57,493 nt of DNA from Candidatus Fermentibacterota bacterium (GTDB lineage Bacteria > JAFGKV01), in assembly GCA_016928395.1 (NCBI GenBank), contig JAFGKV010000021.1, positions 1-57,493 on the forward strand, in the 5' to 3' direction. Each line of letters begins with the position of its first letter. The first letter of the stretch is position 1. The notes under the pieces were generated by a model. The model worked only from the letters and a program-made list of their open reading frames with translations. It made no database searches and had not been told where the DNA came from. Position numbers and translations under genes: made by a program. Below are positions 32,026 to 42,813 of this stretch, in pieces.

Positions 32026-33109
32026 CGCGATCGCGCTCCAGTTCGGCGAGCTGCGCCTCTGTAGCATGCTGCTGCAATCCTTCTACGAAGGCATCAAGAT
32101 CCCCGTCAAGGGTCTCATCCAACCGGTAGATGGTGAGGCCGATCCGGTGATCCGTCACGCGGGATTGCGGGAAGTTGTACGTACGTATCTTGGCGCTGCG
32201 GTCGCCGCTTCCAACATGAGAACGACGCTGCCGGGAAAGCTCTTCATCGCGTTCTCTGATTGCCTGATCCAAGAGCCTTGACCGTAGTACTTTCAGTGCC
32301 TTCGCCTTGTTCTTGTGCTGCGATTTCTCATCTTGACACTGCACGGTCAGACCTGATGGCAGGTGGGTGATCCGCACCGCCGAATCCGTGGTATTGACGC
32401 TCTGACCCCCGGGCCCGCTGGAACGGAATACGTCGATGCGCAAGTCCTTGGGGTCGATCTCCACGTCGACCTCCTCCGCCTCAGGCATCACCACGATGCT
32501 GACGGCAGAAGTGTGAATACGCCCTGATGCCTCGGTTGCCGGGACACGCTGAACGCGATGCACGCCACTCTCGTACCGAAGCAGCCCGAAGGCACCGTCT
32601 CCCATCACCGAACAGATCACTTCGCGTGCACCACCTAACTCGGTAGTGCTGGTGCTCAGACGCTCAGTCCTCCACCCCCTGCGCTCGGCATACCGAAGGT
32701 ACATGCGCAACAGATCGGCAGCGAACAGTGCGGCCTCTTCACCCCCGGTACCTGCTCGAATCTCTAAAATGGCATCCTTGTGATGATGAGGATCGGGGGG
32801 TAAAAGATCACGGATGACCTTTCCCCGAAGCCGGTCCACCTTGGGCTCCAGCTCGTCCACCTCCTCTCTCGCCATTGTGGCCAGATCGGAGTCAGCGTCG
32901 CCCAGAAGAGAGCGGGCCTCTTCCAGGCGCTTCTCCAACCGTTGCAGGTGGACGATCTCGTCAGCAACGTGCTGAAGCCTGGCTCGCTCGCGGCCGAGGC
33001 CCTTGAACAACCCTCCGTCATGCGGCAGTACGGGAGAGGAGAGCTGACTGTCAAGCTCTCGCATGCGGGCTTGAAGAGCCTCAAGCCGTGCCCCCAAATT
33101 GGCCGTCAC
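32003..33109 (-). CDS. prfA: Peptide chain release factor 1
   Basis: GTGGEEA, VPAT (PxT anticodon), GGQ, RTYNFPQ. Confidence 0.97.
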   Translation of the reverse strand: MTANLGARLEALQARMRELDSQLSSPVLPHDGGLFKGLGRERARLQHVADEIVHLQRLEKRLEEARSLLGDADSDLATMAREEVDELEPKVDRLRGKVIRDLLPPDPHHHKDAILEIRAGTGGEEAALFAADLLRMYLRYAERRGWRTERLSTSTTELGGAREVICSVMGDGAFGLLRYESGVHRVQRVPATEASGRIHTSAVSIVVMPEAEEVDVEIDPKDLRIDVFRSSGPGGQSVNTTDSAVRITHLPSGLTVQCQDEKSQHKNKAKALKVLRSRLLDQAIRERDEELSRQRRSHVGSGDRSAKIRTYNFPQSRVTDHRIGLTIYRLDETLDGDLDAFVEGLQQHATEAQLAELERDRDDLARRS

Positions 33110-33134
33110 ACCGGCTCCCCGTCAGAATGAAGGG

Positions 33135-33344
33135 CTACCGTCTCGCCTCGGTTCCGTAGCGTCGACGGTACTTGTCGACACGGCCGGCCGTATCGATGAG
33201 TTTCTGCTTTCCCGTGAAGAAAGGATGGCACCTGGAGCAGATCTCCACACGGATGTTCTCGACCGTGGAGCGAGTCTGGATGATGTTGCCGCACGCGCAG
33301 GTGATTGTGGTGTCGGAGTATGCCGGGTGAATCTTCGGTTTCAT
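33135..33344 (-). CDS. rpmE: 50S ribosomal protein L31 (Zn-binding type)
   Basis: [26 protein letters not shown]. Confidence 0.97.
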   Translation of the reverse strand: MKPKIHPAYSDTTITCACGNIIQTRSTVENIRVEICSRCHPFFTGKQKLIDTAGRVDKYRRRYGTEARR

Positions 33345-33361
33345 GTCAGCGCTCCTTATGC

Positions 33362-34741
33362 CTATTCGCTCATCGAATCGAGGAACTTCTTGTTGCTCTT
33401 CGTCTTGCGCATCCGCTCGATGAGCAGCTCCAGCCCCTCTTGCGGGCTCAGTTCACTGAGGAACTTCCGCAGAATCCATACCTTGTTCAGGGTCTCCCTG
33501 TCAAGAAGAAGCTCTTCTTTCCGGGTTGAAGTGCGGTTCACATCCAATGCGGGGAAAATCCGCCGGTCAGCCAGCTTCCTGTCAAGTACCATCTCCATGT
33601 TGCCGGTGCCCTTGAACTCCTCGAAGATCACCTCATCCATTCTGCTGCCCGTGTCCACCAAAGCAGTGGCAATGATGGAAAGGCTTCCTCCTTCCTCCAC
33701 GTTGCGGGCCGCCCCAAAAAACCGCTTGGGGCGCTGCAGCGCATTGGCATCGACACCTCCCGAGAGGATACGCCCGGAGTGAGGAATCACGGTGTTATGC
33801 GCCCGGGCAAGACGGGTGATTGAATCCAGCAGGATGACGACGTCGTGCCGATGTTCCACGAGACGCTTGGCCTTCTCGATGACCATGTCGGCGACGTGCA
33901 CGTGACGCTCGGCAGGTTCGTCGAAGGTGGAGCTTACGACTTCACCCTTGACCGACCGCTCCATGTCGGTCACTTCCTCAGGCCGCTCATCGATGAGAAG
34001 CACGATGAGGATGGTCTCGGGATGATTGGTTGAGATCGCGTTGGCGATCTCCTGCAGAAGCATGGTCTTGCCGGCCTTCGGCGGCGATACGATGAGTCCC
34101 CGCTGCCCCTTGCCCAAAGGAGACAGCAGATCAATGATACGGGTCGAGATCTTGTCGGGGTCGAACTCAAGACGGAACTTCTGCAGTGGGTAAAGCGGCG
34201 TGAGGTTGTCAAACAGCGGCGTGTTCTTCGCGACATCGGGATTCTCTAGATTGACGGCCTCCACCCTCAGCAGCGCATAGTACCGTTCTCCGTTCTTTGG
34301 AGGCCGGATCTGACCGCTGATGGTGTCACCCTTCCGGAGGCCGAATCGCTTGATTTGCGAAGGAGACACGTAGATGTCATCAGGACCTGGCAGGTAGTTG
34401 TACGATGGCGTACGGAGAAATCCATAGCCTTCCGGAAGAATCTCAAGCACACCCTCGGAGAAGATGAGCCCGTTACGCTTGGCCTGTCCCTCAAGGATCC
34501 GAAAGATGAGATCCTGCTTCTTGAGGCCTGTGTAACCCTGTATCCCGAGTTCTTCCGCAACCTCCGAAAGCTGGGGAACCGTCTTCTTCTTGAGAACGGA
34601 GATATCAAGGTGGGATGGCTCTCGGATGATCCTCTCTCGCCGCGCAAGCCGGTTTTCGGAGTCCGCAGGAGCAGTGAGGTCGGTGTCGGCGAGAGTGTCG
34701 AGGTCGTCCAGAGTCTGGTTGATCTGGTCCCTTTGGGTCAT
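33362..34741 (-). CDS. rho: Transcription termination factor Rho
   Basis: [40 protein letters not shown] 34741 after AGGA. Confidence 0.98.
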   Translation of the reverse strand: MTQRDQINQTLDDLDTLADTDLTAPADSENRLARRERIIREPSHLDISVLKKKTVPQLSEVAEELGIQGYTGLKKQDLIFRILEGQAKRNGLIFSEGVLEILPEGYGFLRTPSYNYLPGPDDIYVSPSQIKRFGLRKGDTISGQIRPPKNGERYYALLRVEAVNLENPDVAKNTPLFDNLTPLYPLQKFRLEFDPDKISTRIIDLLSPLGKGQRGLIVSPPKAGKTMLLQEIANAISTNHPETILIVLLIDERPEEVTDMERSVKGEVVSSTFDEPAERHVHVADMVIEKAKRLVEHRHDVVILLDSITRLARAHNTVIPHSGRILSGGVDANALQRPKRFFGAARNVEEGGSLSIIATALVDTGSRMDEVIFEEFKGTGNMEMVLDRKLADRRIFPALDVNRTSTRKEELLLDRETLNKVWILRKFLSELSPQEGLELLIERMRKTKSNKKFLDSMSE

Positions 34742-34996
34742 GCTACATTCCTGGTGAGAAGTCACGGGGCTTTGTCTGCGCTGTGCGGCGCAGATCATAC
34801 TAGGAGGGATCACATCATGCCCGGGCCCGGTGAAAGTCGGAGTAACCCGCCAACTAGTGAGGCGCAACAACAATAGCGGCTCGTGGCGTGGTGAAGAAGC
34901 TGGGGAAACCCGTAGCGTCTGGTGCGGGGTTCAGAGAGACCCGGCATCCCAACGCGGGCAGCGATGGTGCCCTCGCATATCAAGTAGGACGTCAGC

Positions 34997-35025
34997 ATTG
35001 TACATGCGTCGATGGTCTCTGTCAA
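34997..35025 (-). promoter_or_regulatory. sigma70 promoter of the rho operon
   Basis: TTGACA-N17-TACAAT on the minus strand. Confidence 0.8.
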
Positions 35026-35471
35026 GAGAATGTGTTGTAGATTCCTCCTCGACGGCAAAGCAGGCCGTTTCCACCAGTGACGGCGGCGGCTCGGATACCC
35101 AGACTCAACCCCTCCCGGGTTGCCGCCGGCCGCAGGACGACATCGAGATGCGCAGAGTGCGAAGCGCATTCACCAAGAACCGTGAAGCGAGGAAGTCGTG
35201 CGAACCCAGAGGTGAGGCTACTGTGTCTGTCCTCCGGCGGCCATTCTGGTGGCGGAATCAGTAAAACCCGAGCTCGTAGATCCCGACACGCGTTGCCTCT
35301 TTCGCTCTGCACATGAACGGTTACCTTCCTGTGCACCGGAAGGTGATGGCGTGCGTGGATGCAGCTCGCACCATCGTTCCGCAGAATGGTGATTTCTCCA
35401 TCGGCTGCGGGAATCCGGCGGCAGGAGCTCATCGCGGTGGACGATTCACTGCTCAGAGAGGAGAAACCACC

Positions 35472-36017
35472 ATGTACCGCGCGATCGTGCTGTGTCTGCT
35501 CCCGAGCGTGCTCCATGGCAACGTGGTCACCCTCAGCCCTTTGCCGGCAGACGTGCAGACTGCAGAGCTAGAACGGCTCGCGGGCATGTGGCAATGGAGA
35601 GAGGAGGTGGTGCATGTGACCGTGGAAGATGGGGCGGCCATTGTGGCGGCAGTGGCCTGGAACGGCAGCAGCTTCGTCGAGAGACGAGGAGAACTGACTG
35701 TGACCCAAGGCGAGCACCGATCCTTCCTCTGCGTGGCGGGGTATGATCCGAGTCTGCCCGGTGACCAGTTCATCTTTGCCCAGTATCGCCTTCTCTCGGA
35801 CGATCATTTGCTTGTCTGGGTGCCACGGATCACCGCCTTTGAGTCTGCTGTCGAGCAAGGCGTGCTTGCCACTGCTGAGGCGTCCACCGCCGATCGCCTC
35901 GTACTGGACACCGAGTCCGACGCACTGCTGGCTTTTCTAGATGATCCTTTGCGCACCGACGTGTTCGATTATGAGAATCCGGTCCTGCTGTGCAGGGCCG
36001 GGCGCTACTGGAAGTAA
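35472..36017 (+). CDS. Hypothetical exported protein
   Basis: GAGGAG SD, MYRAIVLCLLPSVLHG signal-like start, 181 aa; no family recognised. Confidence 0.65.
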   Translation: MYRAIVLCLLPSVLHGNVVTLSPLPADVQTAELERLAGMWQWREEVVHVTVEDGAAIVAAVAWNGSSFVERRGELTVTQGEHRSFLCVAGYDPSLPGDQFIFAQYRLLSDDHLLVWVPRITAFESAVEQGVLATAEASTADRLVLDTESDALLAFLDDPLRTDVFDYENPVLLCRAGRYWK

Positions 36018-38266
36018 CCCAACGCTTCCAGTTGCCGAGATAGGCCTTCGCTCACATGAGCGGCCGGCGTGGAATCATCCGCGACAAGAGGCGGGAGAAC
36101 TCGGCCAAGGACACGTTGCAGGCTGTCACCCATGACTCGGGCGAGATACGGCCTTCGCCCCGAGAGATTGCTGAACTCTCCCGGATCCGTTAGAGCATCG
36201 TAGACCTCGACACCTGCGGGATATGTCACGGACGGGAAGAGCCCAGGGCGCCGGGGCCGTGCACGGTGCGTGACCTCTATGTACTTGAGGGTATCCCCGA
36301 ACAGGGCAACAGCCTCCCAGAGCACCGGAGGATTGCTCAGATTGGCGATGACCGGCGTTGGCCGGTCTAGGGGCCGTTTTTCGAGCAAAGGGCGCAGCGA
36401 GACGCCGTCAACTTCTCCACGCCACTCAAGTCCCAAGACATCCACCGCCGTAGGCAACAGGTCGACGGCGCTCACCTCGGTCGCAACGTGACTAGGGCCT
36501 TCCAGACCAGGAACTCGAAAGATAAAGGGTATGTCTGTCAGCTCGGAATAGAGCGTCTGCCCGTGCTGGGCGTACAAGCCGAGATGCTCTCCAAACTCCT
36601 CACCATGATCGCTCAGGATCATTACCGCCGTGGTCTCCCACAGATTCAATTCATCCATACGGGCGAAAAGATCGGCCACCGCATCACAGACGATCCTCAC
36701 GTGACTGTCATACAGGGCTTGGAGATAGAGACTCTCGGCGTCTGCAATCTCAACGGAGTCTATGTGAGCCCGGAGAAGACCTCGATCACCACCAGGAACG
36801 GGCAAAGAGCCACGGTCCAGCCCTTGGTCGAACGAACCTGTGAAGTAGGGCAAGTGTGTTTCGTAGGTGTGGACGAATAGAAAGAACGGCTCATGCCGGC
36901 GCTGGAGCCATTTCATCGCTGGTGGGAACACGTCACAGGACTTGCCAAACGACTGACTCCAATGGTATTCGTGGAATCCCCGCTCGAATCCGGCGTGCCG
37001 CAATACTCCCCCACCAGTGTGGGCGACGCAGTAGTACCCTTCGGCCCGCAGGAGTTCGGCCAGCATGGGCGGCGTCCGAAGGAGGCTGGCGCCGCTGGGG
37101 GACAGGTTTTTGTGGAGAAAGCGGGATGTCATGATTTTCATGATCGAGGGTAGTGTGTAGGGCGCCGCGGCCCTGGCTCGATCACAGACGGTGAAACCCT
37201 TGGCCGCCACTATTGAGTCCAACCGCGCAGAGGTTGGACGCAGTTGGTAGCCATAGCAGCCCAATCGGTCGCTGCGGAGCGTGTCGAGCAGAAGCACCAG
37301 CAAGTTCATCCGTCGCGAAGGCGTTGTTGGCACGAGCACGGGGTCTCCCACCGCGATCATGCCCCGCAGTCCCCGTGCGTGGAACCGCAATGACTCCGGC
37401 TGCGCTGACCCCGCCTCGAGGCTGATGGCCTCCACAGTCCATCGATGCAGAGTAGCGATACCTTCCCCGCGCAGGGTCTCCCATCCATTGGGCATCAGGC
37501 CCATCACCTCCAGATCACACCCAGGTTGGAGGCCGGTGGCGGCGAACTGAAGGGCCCAGTGCATACGTCCGCGAGCAGGCATTGCCACCGAGAGCGAATC
37601 CCCGGCGTGGAGCACAACTGAGACCCGTGTGCAACCATCAATCGAAAGGGGGAGACGGCGCCCTGGGGGCAGCCCCCTCCGCAGGTCGACTGCGTCCTTC
37701 TGAATGATGAGCCAATTCAACCACGAAGACATCCGCACCATGGTATCTTTTTGATGCACGGCATCCGTGATGCCTGCAGCCACAGCTTTCAACGGTAAGA
37801 CAGCCCCCCGCGCCATCCGATGGACGACTCGCAGCATGATCCCGGATCCCCCGGGATAGTAGAGACGTACCGATGGAGTAGCTCCGCGGAGACGGATTGC
37901 CTTGTAGTCTACAACAGTGTTTCCCCTGACCAGCATGATGGAGAGGGTGTCGTTCCCGGTCCACCGTGCTGCATAGGCCAGCCTCACCTCCATCGTGCCT
38001 TCCGGTGCCGGGGGAAGCAAGAACCCAAGCCCGCTGGTGTCCGCTTCCTGGACTGCCGTGCCCCCTCGAATAATGATGCCGTCAGCGGCGCGGAAAAGGC
38101 TCTTCGGTGTCTTCTCCAGGAGGATCGTACGCCACGGAACGGAGAAATCCGCTTCGGTGCTCGTATCCAGCAGACTGATCACCCCTGGGCCGTGATCCGG
38201 CGCGCATGCAGCTATCAGCCCCGCAGCCATCACGAGGATCCGGGCTGTGGGAATCAAATGCTTCAT
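36005..38266 (-). CDS. Sulfatase-like hydrolase/transferase (alkaline phosphatase superfamily), probable lipoprotein
   Basis: LDTLRSDRLGCYG, YTLPS, FVHTYETH.PY, SDHGEEFGEH..HG; lipobox LIAAC. Start uncertain. Confidence 0.85.
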   Translation of the reverse strand: MKHLIPTARILVMAAGLIAACAPDHGPGVISLLDTSTEADFSVPWRTILLEKTPKSLFRAADGIIIRGGTAVQEADTSGLGFLLPPAPEGTMEVRLAYAARWTGNDTLSIMLVRGNTVVDYKAIRLRGATPSVRLYYPGGSGIMLRVVHRMARGAVLPLKAVAAGITDAVHQKDTMVRMSSWLNWLIIQKDAVDLRRGLPPGRRLPLSIDGCTRVSVVLHAGDSLSVAMPARGRMHWALQFAATGLQPGCDLEVMGLMPNGWETLRGEGIATLHRWTVEAISLEAGSAQPESLRFHARGLRGMIAVGDPVLVPTTPSRRMNLLVLLLDTLRSDRLGCYGYQLRPTSARLDSIVAAKGFTVCDRARAAAPYTLPSIMKIMTSRFLHKNLSPSGASLLRTPPMLAELLRAEGYYCVAHTGGGVLRHAGFERGFHEYHWSQSFGKSCDVFPPAMKWLQRRHEPFFLFVHTYETHLPYFTGSFDQGLDRGSLPVPGGDRGLLRAHIDSVEIADAESLYLQALYDSHVRIVCDAVADLFARMDELNLWETTAVMILSDHGEEFGEHLGLYAQHGQTLYSELTDIPFIFRVPGLEGPSHVATEVSAVDLLPTAVDVLGLEWRGEVDGVSLRPLLEKRPLDRPTPVIANLSNPPVLWEAVALFGDTLKYIEVTHRARPRRPGLFPSVTYPAGVEVYDALTDPGEFSNLSGRRPYLARVMGDSLQRVLGRVLPPLVADDSTPAAHVSEGLSRQLEALGYFQ

Positions 38267-38364
38267 CCACAAGGGGAGCCGATGTCGATTCCCGGAGTCC
38301 TCGATGCCCATGCTCCCTCGACACCGCCCGCGGGGGAAAGGGCATATACGCAGTCCTACGCGCC

Positions 38365-39402
38365 TCATTCCGCTGCCTTGATGGCGTCCCACGCGGCGAC
38401 GTAGAGTGAATTGTCCTCTCCCAGGTCTTTGATGACCTCGCACTTTTCCAGGAGGTCAGGTTGGAGGAACACGGCGGGGTCCTCGAGGATCTGCCGGTCG
38501 AGCCGCTCGTAGCTGCCCATGTTGGGGCACAGGAATGCAACGAACTCGGTGTTCTCCGCAGCCACCTCGGGATCGTGAAGGAAATTCATGAACGCGTGGG
38601 CCAAATCCGGATTCCTGGCATCCTTGGGTATGACCATATCGTCACTGGCAATGGAGGTCCCCTCCACGGGAATCGAGTAAGCGATGTCATCATTCTCCTC
38701 GATGACCTGCAGAATGTCGCCATTGTAGCCGTGGACCAGGAGAAACTCGGCGCTCACCAGCCCGTTCTTGTATTGTTCCGACTCGAACTTGGCGATGTTC
38801 TTCTTCCACCGTATCACCACGTCACGGGCTTGGGCAATCTCCTCGGGATCCGTGGTGTTGAGACTGTAGCTTAACCATTTGAGCGCGGCGCCCATGGTCT
38901 CGCGCATATCGTTGAGCAGGGTCATCCGACCCGAATAGGCGGGAAGGTCGAACATGGCCCAGCTGGGCTGGAAATCCACCACACGGCTTTTCAGATAGCC
39001 TATCCCTGAATTTGAGAGCATGTAGGGAACGCTGTGGTGCATCTCTGGATCCATAGTGAACCGAAGGTAGGAGCGGTCAATCTGCCGGAGATTGGGGATT
39101 CTAGCTGCCTCGACAGGCCGGATCATGCCTTGCTCCCACATCACATGGACCATGTAGCTACTGGGGAAGATGAGATCGTAGCCGGAGGCGCCAGCTTTCA
39201 GTTTGGCAAACATCACCTCGTTGGAGTCGAAGAAGTCAAGAACGACGCGGCACTCGTGTTCCCGCTCGAATCGCTGGATCAGCTCGGGCTTGATGTAGTC
39301 GGCCCACGTATAGACATGGAGGATTGGCCTGTCACTCCCACACCCGGCGAGCACGCCGGCGAGGAGCATGCCGAAGGTGCTGAGTGCGCATGCACGGATC
39401 AT
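38365..39402 (-). CDS. potD: Spermidine/putrescine ABC substrate-binding lipoprotein
   Basis: LAGC lipobox, YTWADYI, FDSNE.M.AKL, GYDLIFPSSY. Confidence 0.92.
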   Translation of the reverse strand: MIRACALSTFGMLLAGVLAGCGSDRPILHVYTWADYIKPELIQRFEREHECRVVLDFFDSNEVMFAKLKAGASGYDLIFPSSYMVHVMWEQGMIRPVEAARIPNLRQIDRSYLRFTMDPEMHHSVPYMLSNSGIGYLKSRVVDFQPSWAMFDLPAYSGRMTLLNDMRETMGAALKWLSYSLNTTDPEEIAQARDVVIRWKKNIAKFESEQYKNGLVSAEFLLVHGYNGDILQVIEENDDIAYSIPVEGTSIASDDMVIPKDARNPDLAHAFMNFLHDPEVAAENTEFVAFLCPNMGSYERLDRQILEDPAVFLQPDLLEKCEVIKDLGEDNSLYVAAWDAIKAAE

Positions 39403-40178
39403 CTCTTCACCTCTGCCTTTCCGATGAGACGTTGGGTTGCATAGGCAACAGTCAGAGTCAAAGCCAGTAGAATGGTCGACAGGGCATTGATCATGGGTGG
39501 CGAGCCATGCTTGATCATACTATAGATCCTGATCGGGAGCGTAGTCGATCCAGGCCCTGAAACGAAGAAGGTGATAACGAAATCGTCAACTGACAAGGTG
39601 AACGCCAGCAACCCCCCCGCGACGATGCCAGGCGCCAGGAGTGGGAGGAGAATGCGCCAGATGATGGTCCTCCATCCCGCGCCCAAATCCTGGGCGGCTT
39701 CAACGATCGTGAAATCAAAATCCTGAAGCCGGGCCAGAACAACCATAGCGACGTAGCTTGCACAAAAGGTAATGTGGGCCAGAGTGATAGTGGCCAGCCC
39801 CAGCGGAATGCCCACGGCGACGAAGAAGAGCAGCAGGCTCATACCCATGAGTATCTCAGGCATCACCAGCGGGGTATAGATAAGCGCATAGTGGTAGTCC
39901 TGGAGACGACTCCTGTATCGATGGAGCGCAAAGGCGGCCATGGTGCCGATAAGCACGGATCCCCCCGTGGCGCCCAGGGCTACGATCAGCGTGTTGCGCA
40001 GGGCCAGCCAGACCGCCCGGTCGTGAATCAGCCGCTCGTACCACACAAGAGAGAATCCACCCCATACGGTGCTGAATCGAGAGCTATTGAAGGAATTGAC
40101 GACCAGAATCAGAATAGGAACATAGAAGAAGGCGAGGCACAGTGCCGTGACGGCAGCGGGGAATCGGCTATGTCTCAC
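39399..40178 (-). CDS. potC: Spermidine/putrescine ABC permease
   Basis: NSFN, EAAQDLGA, SVDDFVITFF, TLPIRIYS. Confidence 0.92.
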   Translation of the reverse strand: MRHSRFPAAVTALCLAFFYVPILILVVNSFNSSRFSTVWGGFSLVWYERLIHDRAVWLALRNTLIVALGATGGSVLIGTMAAFALHRYRSRLQDYHYALIYTPLVMPEILMGMSLLLFFVAVGIPLGLATITLAHITFCASYVAMVVLARLQDFDFTIVEAAQDLGAGWRTIIWRILLPLLAPGIVAGGLLAFTLSVDDFVITFFVSGPGSTTLPIRIYSMIKHGSPPMINALSTILLALTLTVAYATQRLIGKAEVKR

Positions 40179-41082
40179 GGCGTAGCCCGGCAGGGGATCG
40201 GCTTGCTCTTGTCAGGAGGACCACAATCATCGGGGCCACGACCGAGAGGGTAAGCAGGGCAGAAAGCGCGCTGGCATGGGGAAGATGCCGATCGACGAAT
40301 ACCCGTTGTGCGATCTTGTTGCCGATCATCTCGCCTGCAGGTCCGCCCATGATGTCTGGGATCAAGTACGATCCCAGTGCGGGAATGAAGACCACCAAAG
40401 CCGCGGTCAGCAGACCCCGGCTGATGCCCGGTAGGAAGACCAGAACAAGAGCCTTGATCCTGTTGCACCCCAAATCCAGAGCCGCTTCCACCAGGCTGAA
40501 ATCGAACTTCTCCGCCGCGGCGAAAATCGGCAGTATGGCGAAGGGAAGGTAGGTATAGATCAGCACCAGGAGCACGGCCTCCTCATTGTACATCAGAGTC
40601 TGCTCGGGCCGGATGAACCGTGCCGAAAGAAGCGCATTCCGCAGGAATCCCTCGGGGTGAAGAAGGACCTTCCAGGCGAATATCCTGACAAGGAAGTTGG
40701 TCCAAAACGGCACGACTACCAGGAGCAGCAGTGTCTGCCTCCATCGAAAGGGTGCCCGGGCAATGGCATACCCGGCCGGCAGCCCCAGCAGCAGACACGC
40801 TACGGTTGCTATGCAGCTCAGCCGGATAGTCCGCCATACGATTGCGGGATAGTTGGGGTCACCTAGGCTCCGCCACGTGGCGAGGGTCCAGCCGGATCCG
40901 ACGCCGCCATAGGGGTCAGCTGGCTTGAACGCCATGGCGAGGATGATGGCAGTGGGAACGACAAAGAGGACTCCCAACCACAGCAGGGAAGGCAACGATA
41001 GTACCAGTTCCCCAGGGGCCGATGCAGGACGACGCCCCACGAGGCGGGGCCGTGCGAATCCCGGCCAGGGATCACTCGCCAC
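40168..41082 (-). CDS. potB: Spermidine/putrescine ABC permease
   Basis: PFWTNFLVR.FAW, YLPFAILP, EAALDLG. Start inferred. Confidence 0.9.
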   Translation of the reverse strand: MASDPWPGFARPRLVGRRPASAPGELVLSLPSLLWLGVLFVVPTAIILAMAFKPADPYGGVGSGWTLATWRSLGDPNYPAIVWRTIRLSCIATVACLLLGLPAGYAIARAPFRWRQTLLLLVVVPFWTNFLVRIFAWKVLLHPEGFLRNALLSARFIRPEQTLMYNEEAVLLVLIYTYLPFAILPIFAAAEKFDFSLVEAALDLGCNRIKALVLVFLPGISRGLLTAALVVFIPALGSYLIPDIMGGPAGEMIGNKIAQRVFVDRHLPHASALSALLTLSVVAPMIVVLLTRASRSPAGLRRET

Positions 41083-42232
41083 GTGGCTCGTCCGAATCGT
41101 TTGGGGGAAGCGACATGAGATCCTCGTCACGCTCCCGATAGCGTTCTAGCATATACCCATCGTCGGCATGCCAGTCAAGCCAAACCCCATCGTCCCACGT
41201 GATGGGCTGCTCATCGAGCAGGGTTCGCTGATGCTGCCGCAACACCGTGAGAAGGTATTCGCTGACGCGCACCCGGTACTTCGTCTGCGAACCCAAGTAG
41301 ATGACATCTTCGACCACGCCGTTGACCACATTGTGATGCAGCCGGTGGGGGGGCCGCTCGCGCGTAATGGCCAGTTTCTCAGGCCGTAGGCTCAAGTGTA
41401 CGAGGTCACCAACGGTGCGGGGACGATCATTGAAGCACAGCACATCCGGGAAGCCATTGATGCCCAGCAGGCTGTACTCCCCGTTCACCGCTTCCATGAC
41501 AGTACCATCGAAGAAGTTGGTATCGCCAATGAAGGCTGCGGTGAAGCTGCTGAGCGGCGCTTCATAGATCTCCAACGGGCTGCCCACCTGTTCGACCTGC
41601 CCGTTGTTCATGACGGCGATGTGATCGCTCAGGCTCATGGCCTCACTCTGGTCATGGGTCACGTAGAGGAACGTGGTTCCAACCTCATCGTGAATCATGT
41701 CCAGTTCGATGAGCATCCGCTGCCTGAGTTTCAGATCCAGAGCGGCCAGGGGTTCGTCCAACAGGAGCACTTGGGGCCGGTTGATAAGCGCACGAGCGAT
41801 GGCGACGCGCTGCTTCTGGCCACCGCTGAGTTGCGCAGGCTTCTTATGCACCTGGTCCTCCATCTGCACCAGACGCAACATCCTCTGTACCTCTTCTCTC
41901 ACTTCCCGCCGAGGACGGCCCGCAACCCTGAGGCCAAAAGCGATGTTCTCGCCCACATTGAGATGGGGGAACAGGGCGTAGTTCTGGAAGATGGTGTTGA
42001 CCCGGCGACGGTTGGGCGGGAGCTCCGTGATGTCCTCGCCGTCGAGCCGCACCCGTCCCTCGTCAGGGCGCTCAAACCCTGCGGCGACCCGCAACAGGGT
42101 GGTCTTGCCGCAACCGCTAGGCCCCAGCAGGGAGAATATTTCACCCTTTCGGATAGAGAGCGTGACGGTTCGCAGCGCCTGAACCTCGCCGAATGCCTTG
42201 GAGATGCCCTCAAACTGGAGAAACGCGGGCAT
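41072..42232 (-). CDS. potA: Spermidine/putrescine ABC ATP-binding protein
   Basis: GPSGCGKTT, FQNYALFPHL, LSGGQ, LDEPLAALDLKLR, C-terminal TOBE-like domain. Confidence 0.93.
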   Translation of the reverse strand: MPAFLQFEGISKAFGEVQALRTVTLSIRKGEIFSLLGPSGCGKTTLLRVAAGFERPDEGRVRLDGEDITELPPNRRRVNTIFQNYALFPHLNVGENIAFGLRVAGRPRREVREEVQRMLRLVQMEDQVHKKPAQLSGGQKQRVAIARALINRPQVLLLDEPLAALDLKLRQRMLIELDMIHDEVGTTFLYVTHDQSEAMSLSDHIAVMNNGQVEQVGSPLEIYEAPLSSFTAAFIGDTNFFDGTVMEAVNGEYSLLGINGFPDVLCFNDRPRTVGDLVHLSLRPEKLAITRERPPHRLHHNVVNGVVEDVIYLGSQTKYRVRVSEYLLTVLRQHQRTLLDEQPITWDDGVWLDWHADDGYMLERYRERDEDLMSLPPNDSDEPRGE

Positions 42233-42813
42233 CTTATCTGGCCTGACCTACAGCGTCCCGCCGGCCTGAACGGAACCCAGGCAGGCATCGAGGATCGAGT
42301 ACAAGATGAACAAACGACCATGAACCACGATGTTCATCGGGACCTCCGGATCTGGAAAGGGTCCTAGAGCAGAGACAGCGAGTAACGTTGGGGCATGCGG
42401 GCCGGGTGCGTCAAGTGATGATCTCGACCGTCAGTGGTCTAAGGCCACCTTGGATACGGGAGGAAGGAGCCACCGCCCGCATCGGGGCCGTCGGCGACAT
42501 CAATCCCACTGGCTGGACTGTGGTGGGAGGCACTACGGCCGCGGAAATATGAAACCCTTTCGTGCAATGGACTCATCCGGTCTTGACAAAGCATCCGAAC
42601 AATGGCTGTGTGTGACGTCGCAACACCGGATGAGCTGCGGGCATTCCGACGGAACCGTCACGGTGGCGGCCCGCGACCCGAAATCCCAGCAGTCTGGATC
42701 GAGAGTGTACTCACTACCTTGGTGCGTGCACCTTGAGCGTTCGGCGAAGGATGTCTTTCGCCGTATGCCAAGACACGTTACCCACCGTCCCTCAAGGGGA
42801 AAGGAGCGAAGCG

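Noticed and set aside
34810-35316. ORFs or tmRNA/6S/RNase P RNA upstream of rho
   Set aside because: No diagnostic termini or motifs recognised; the region is explained by the rho promoter and leader.
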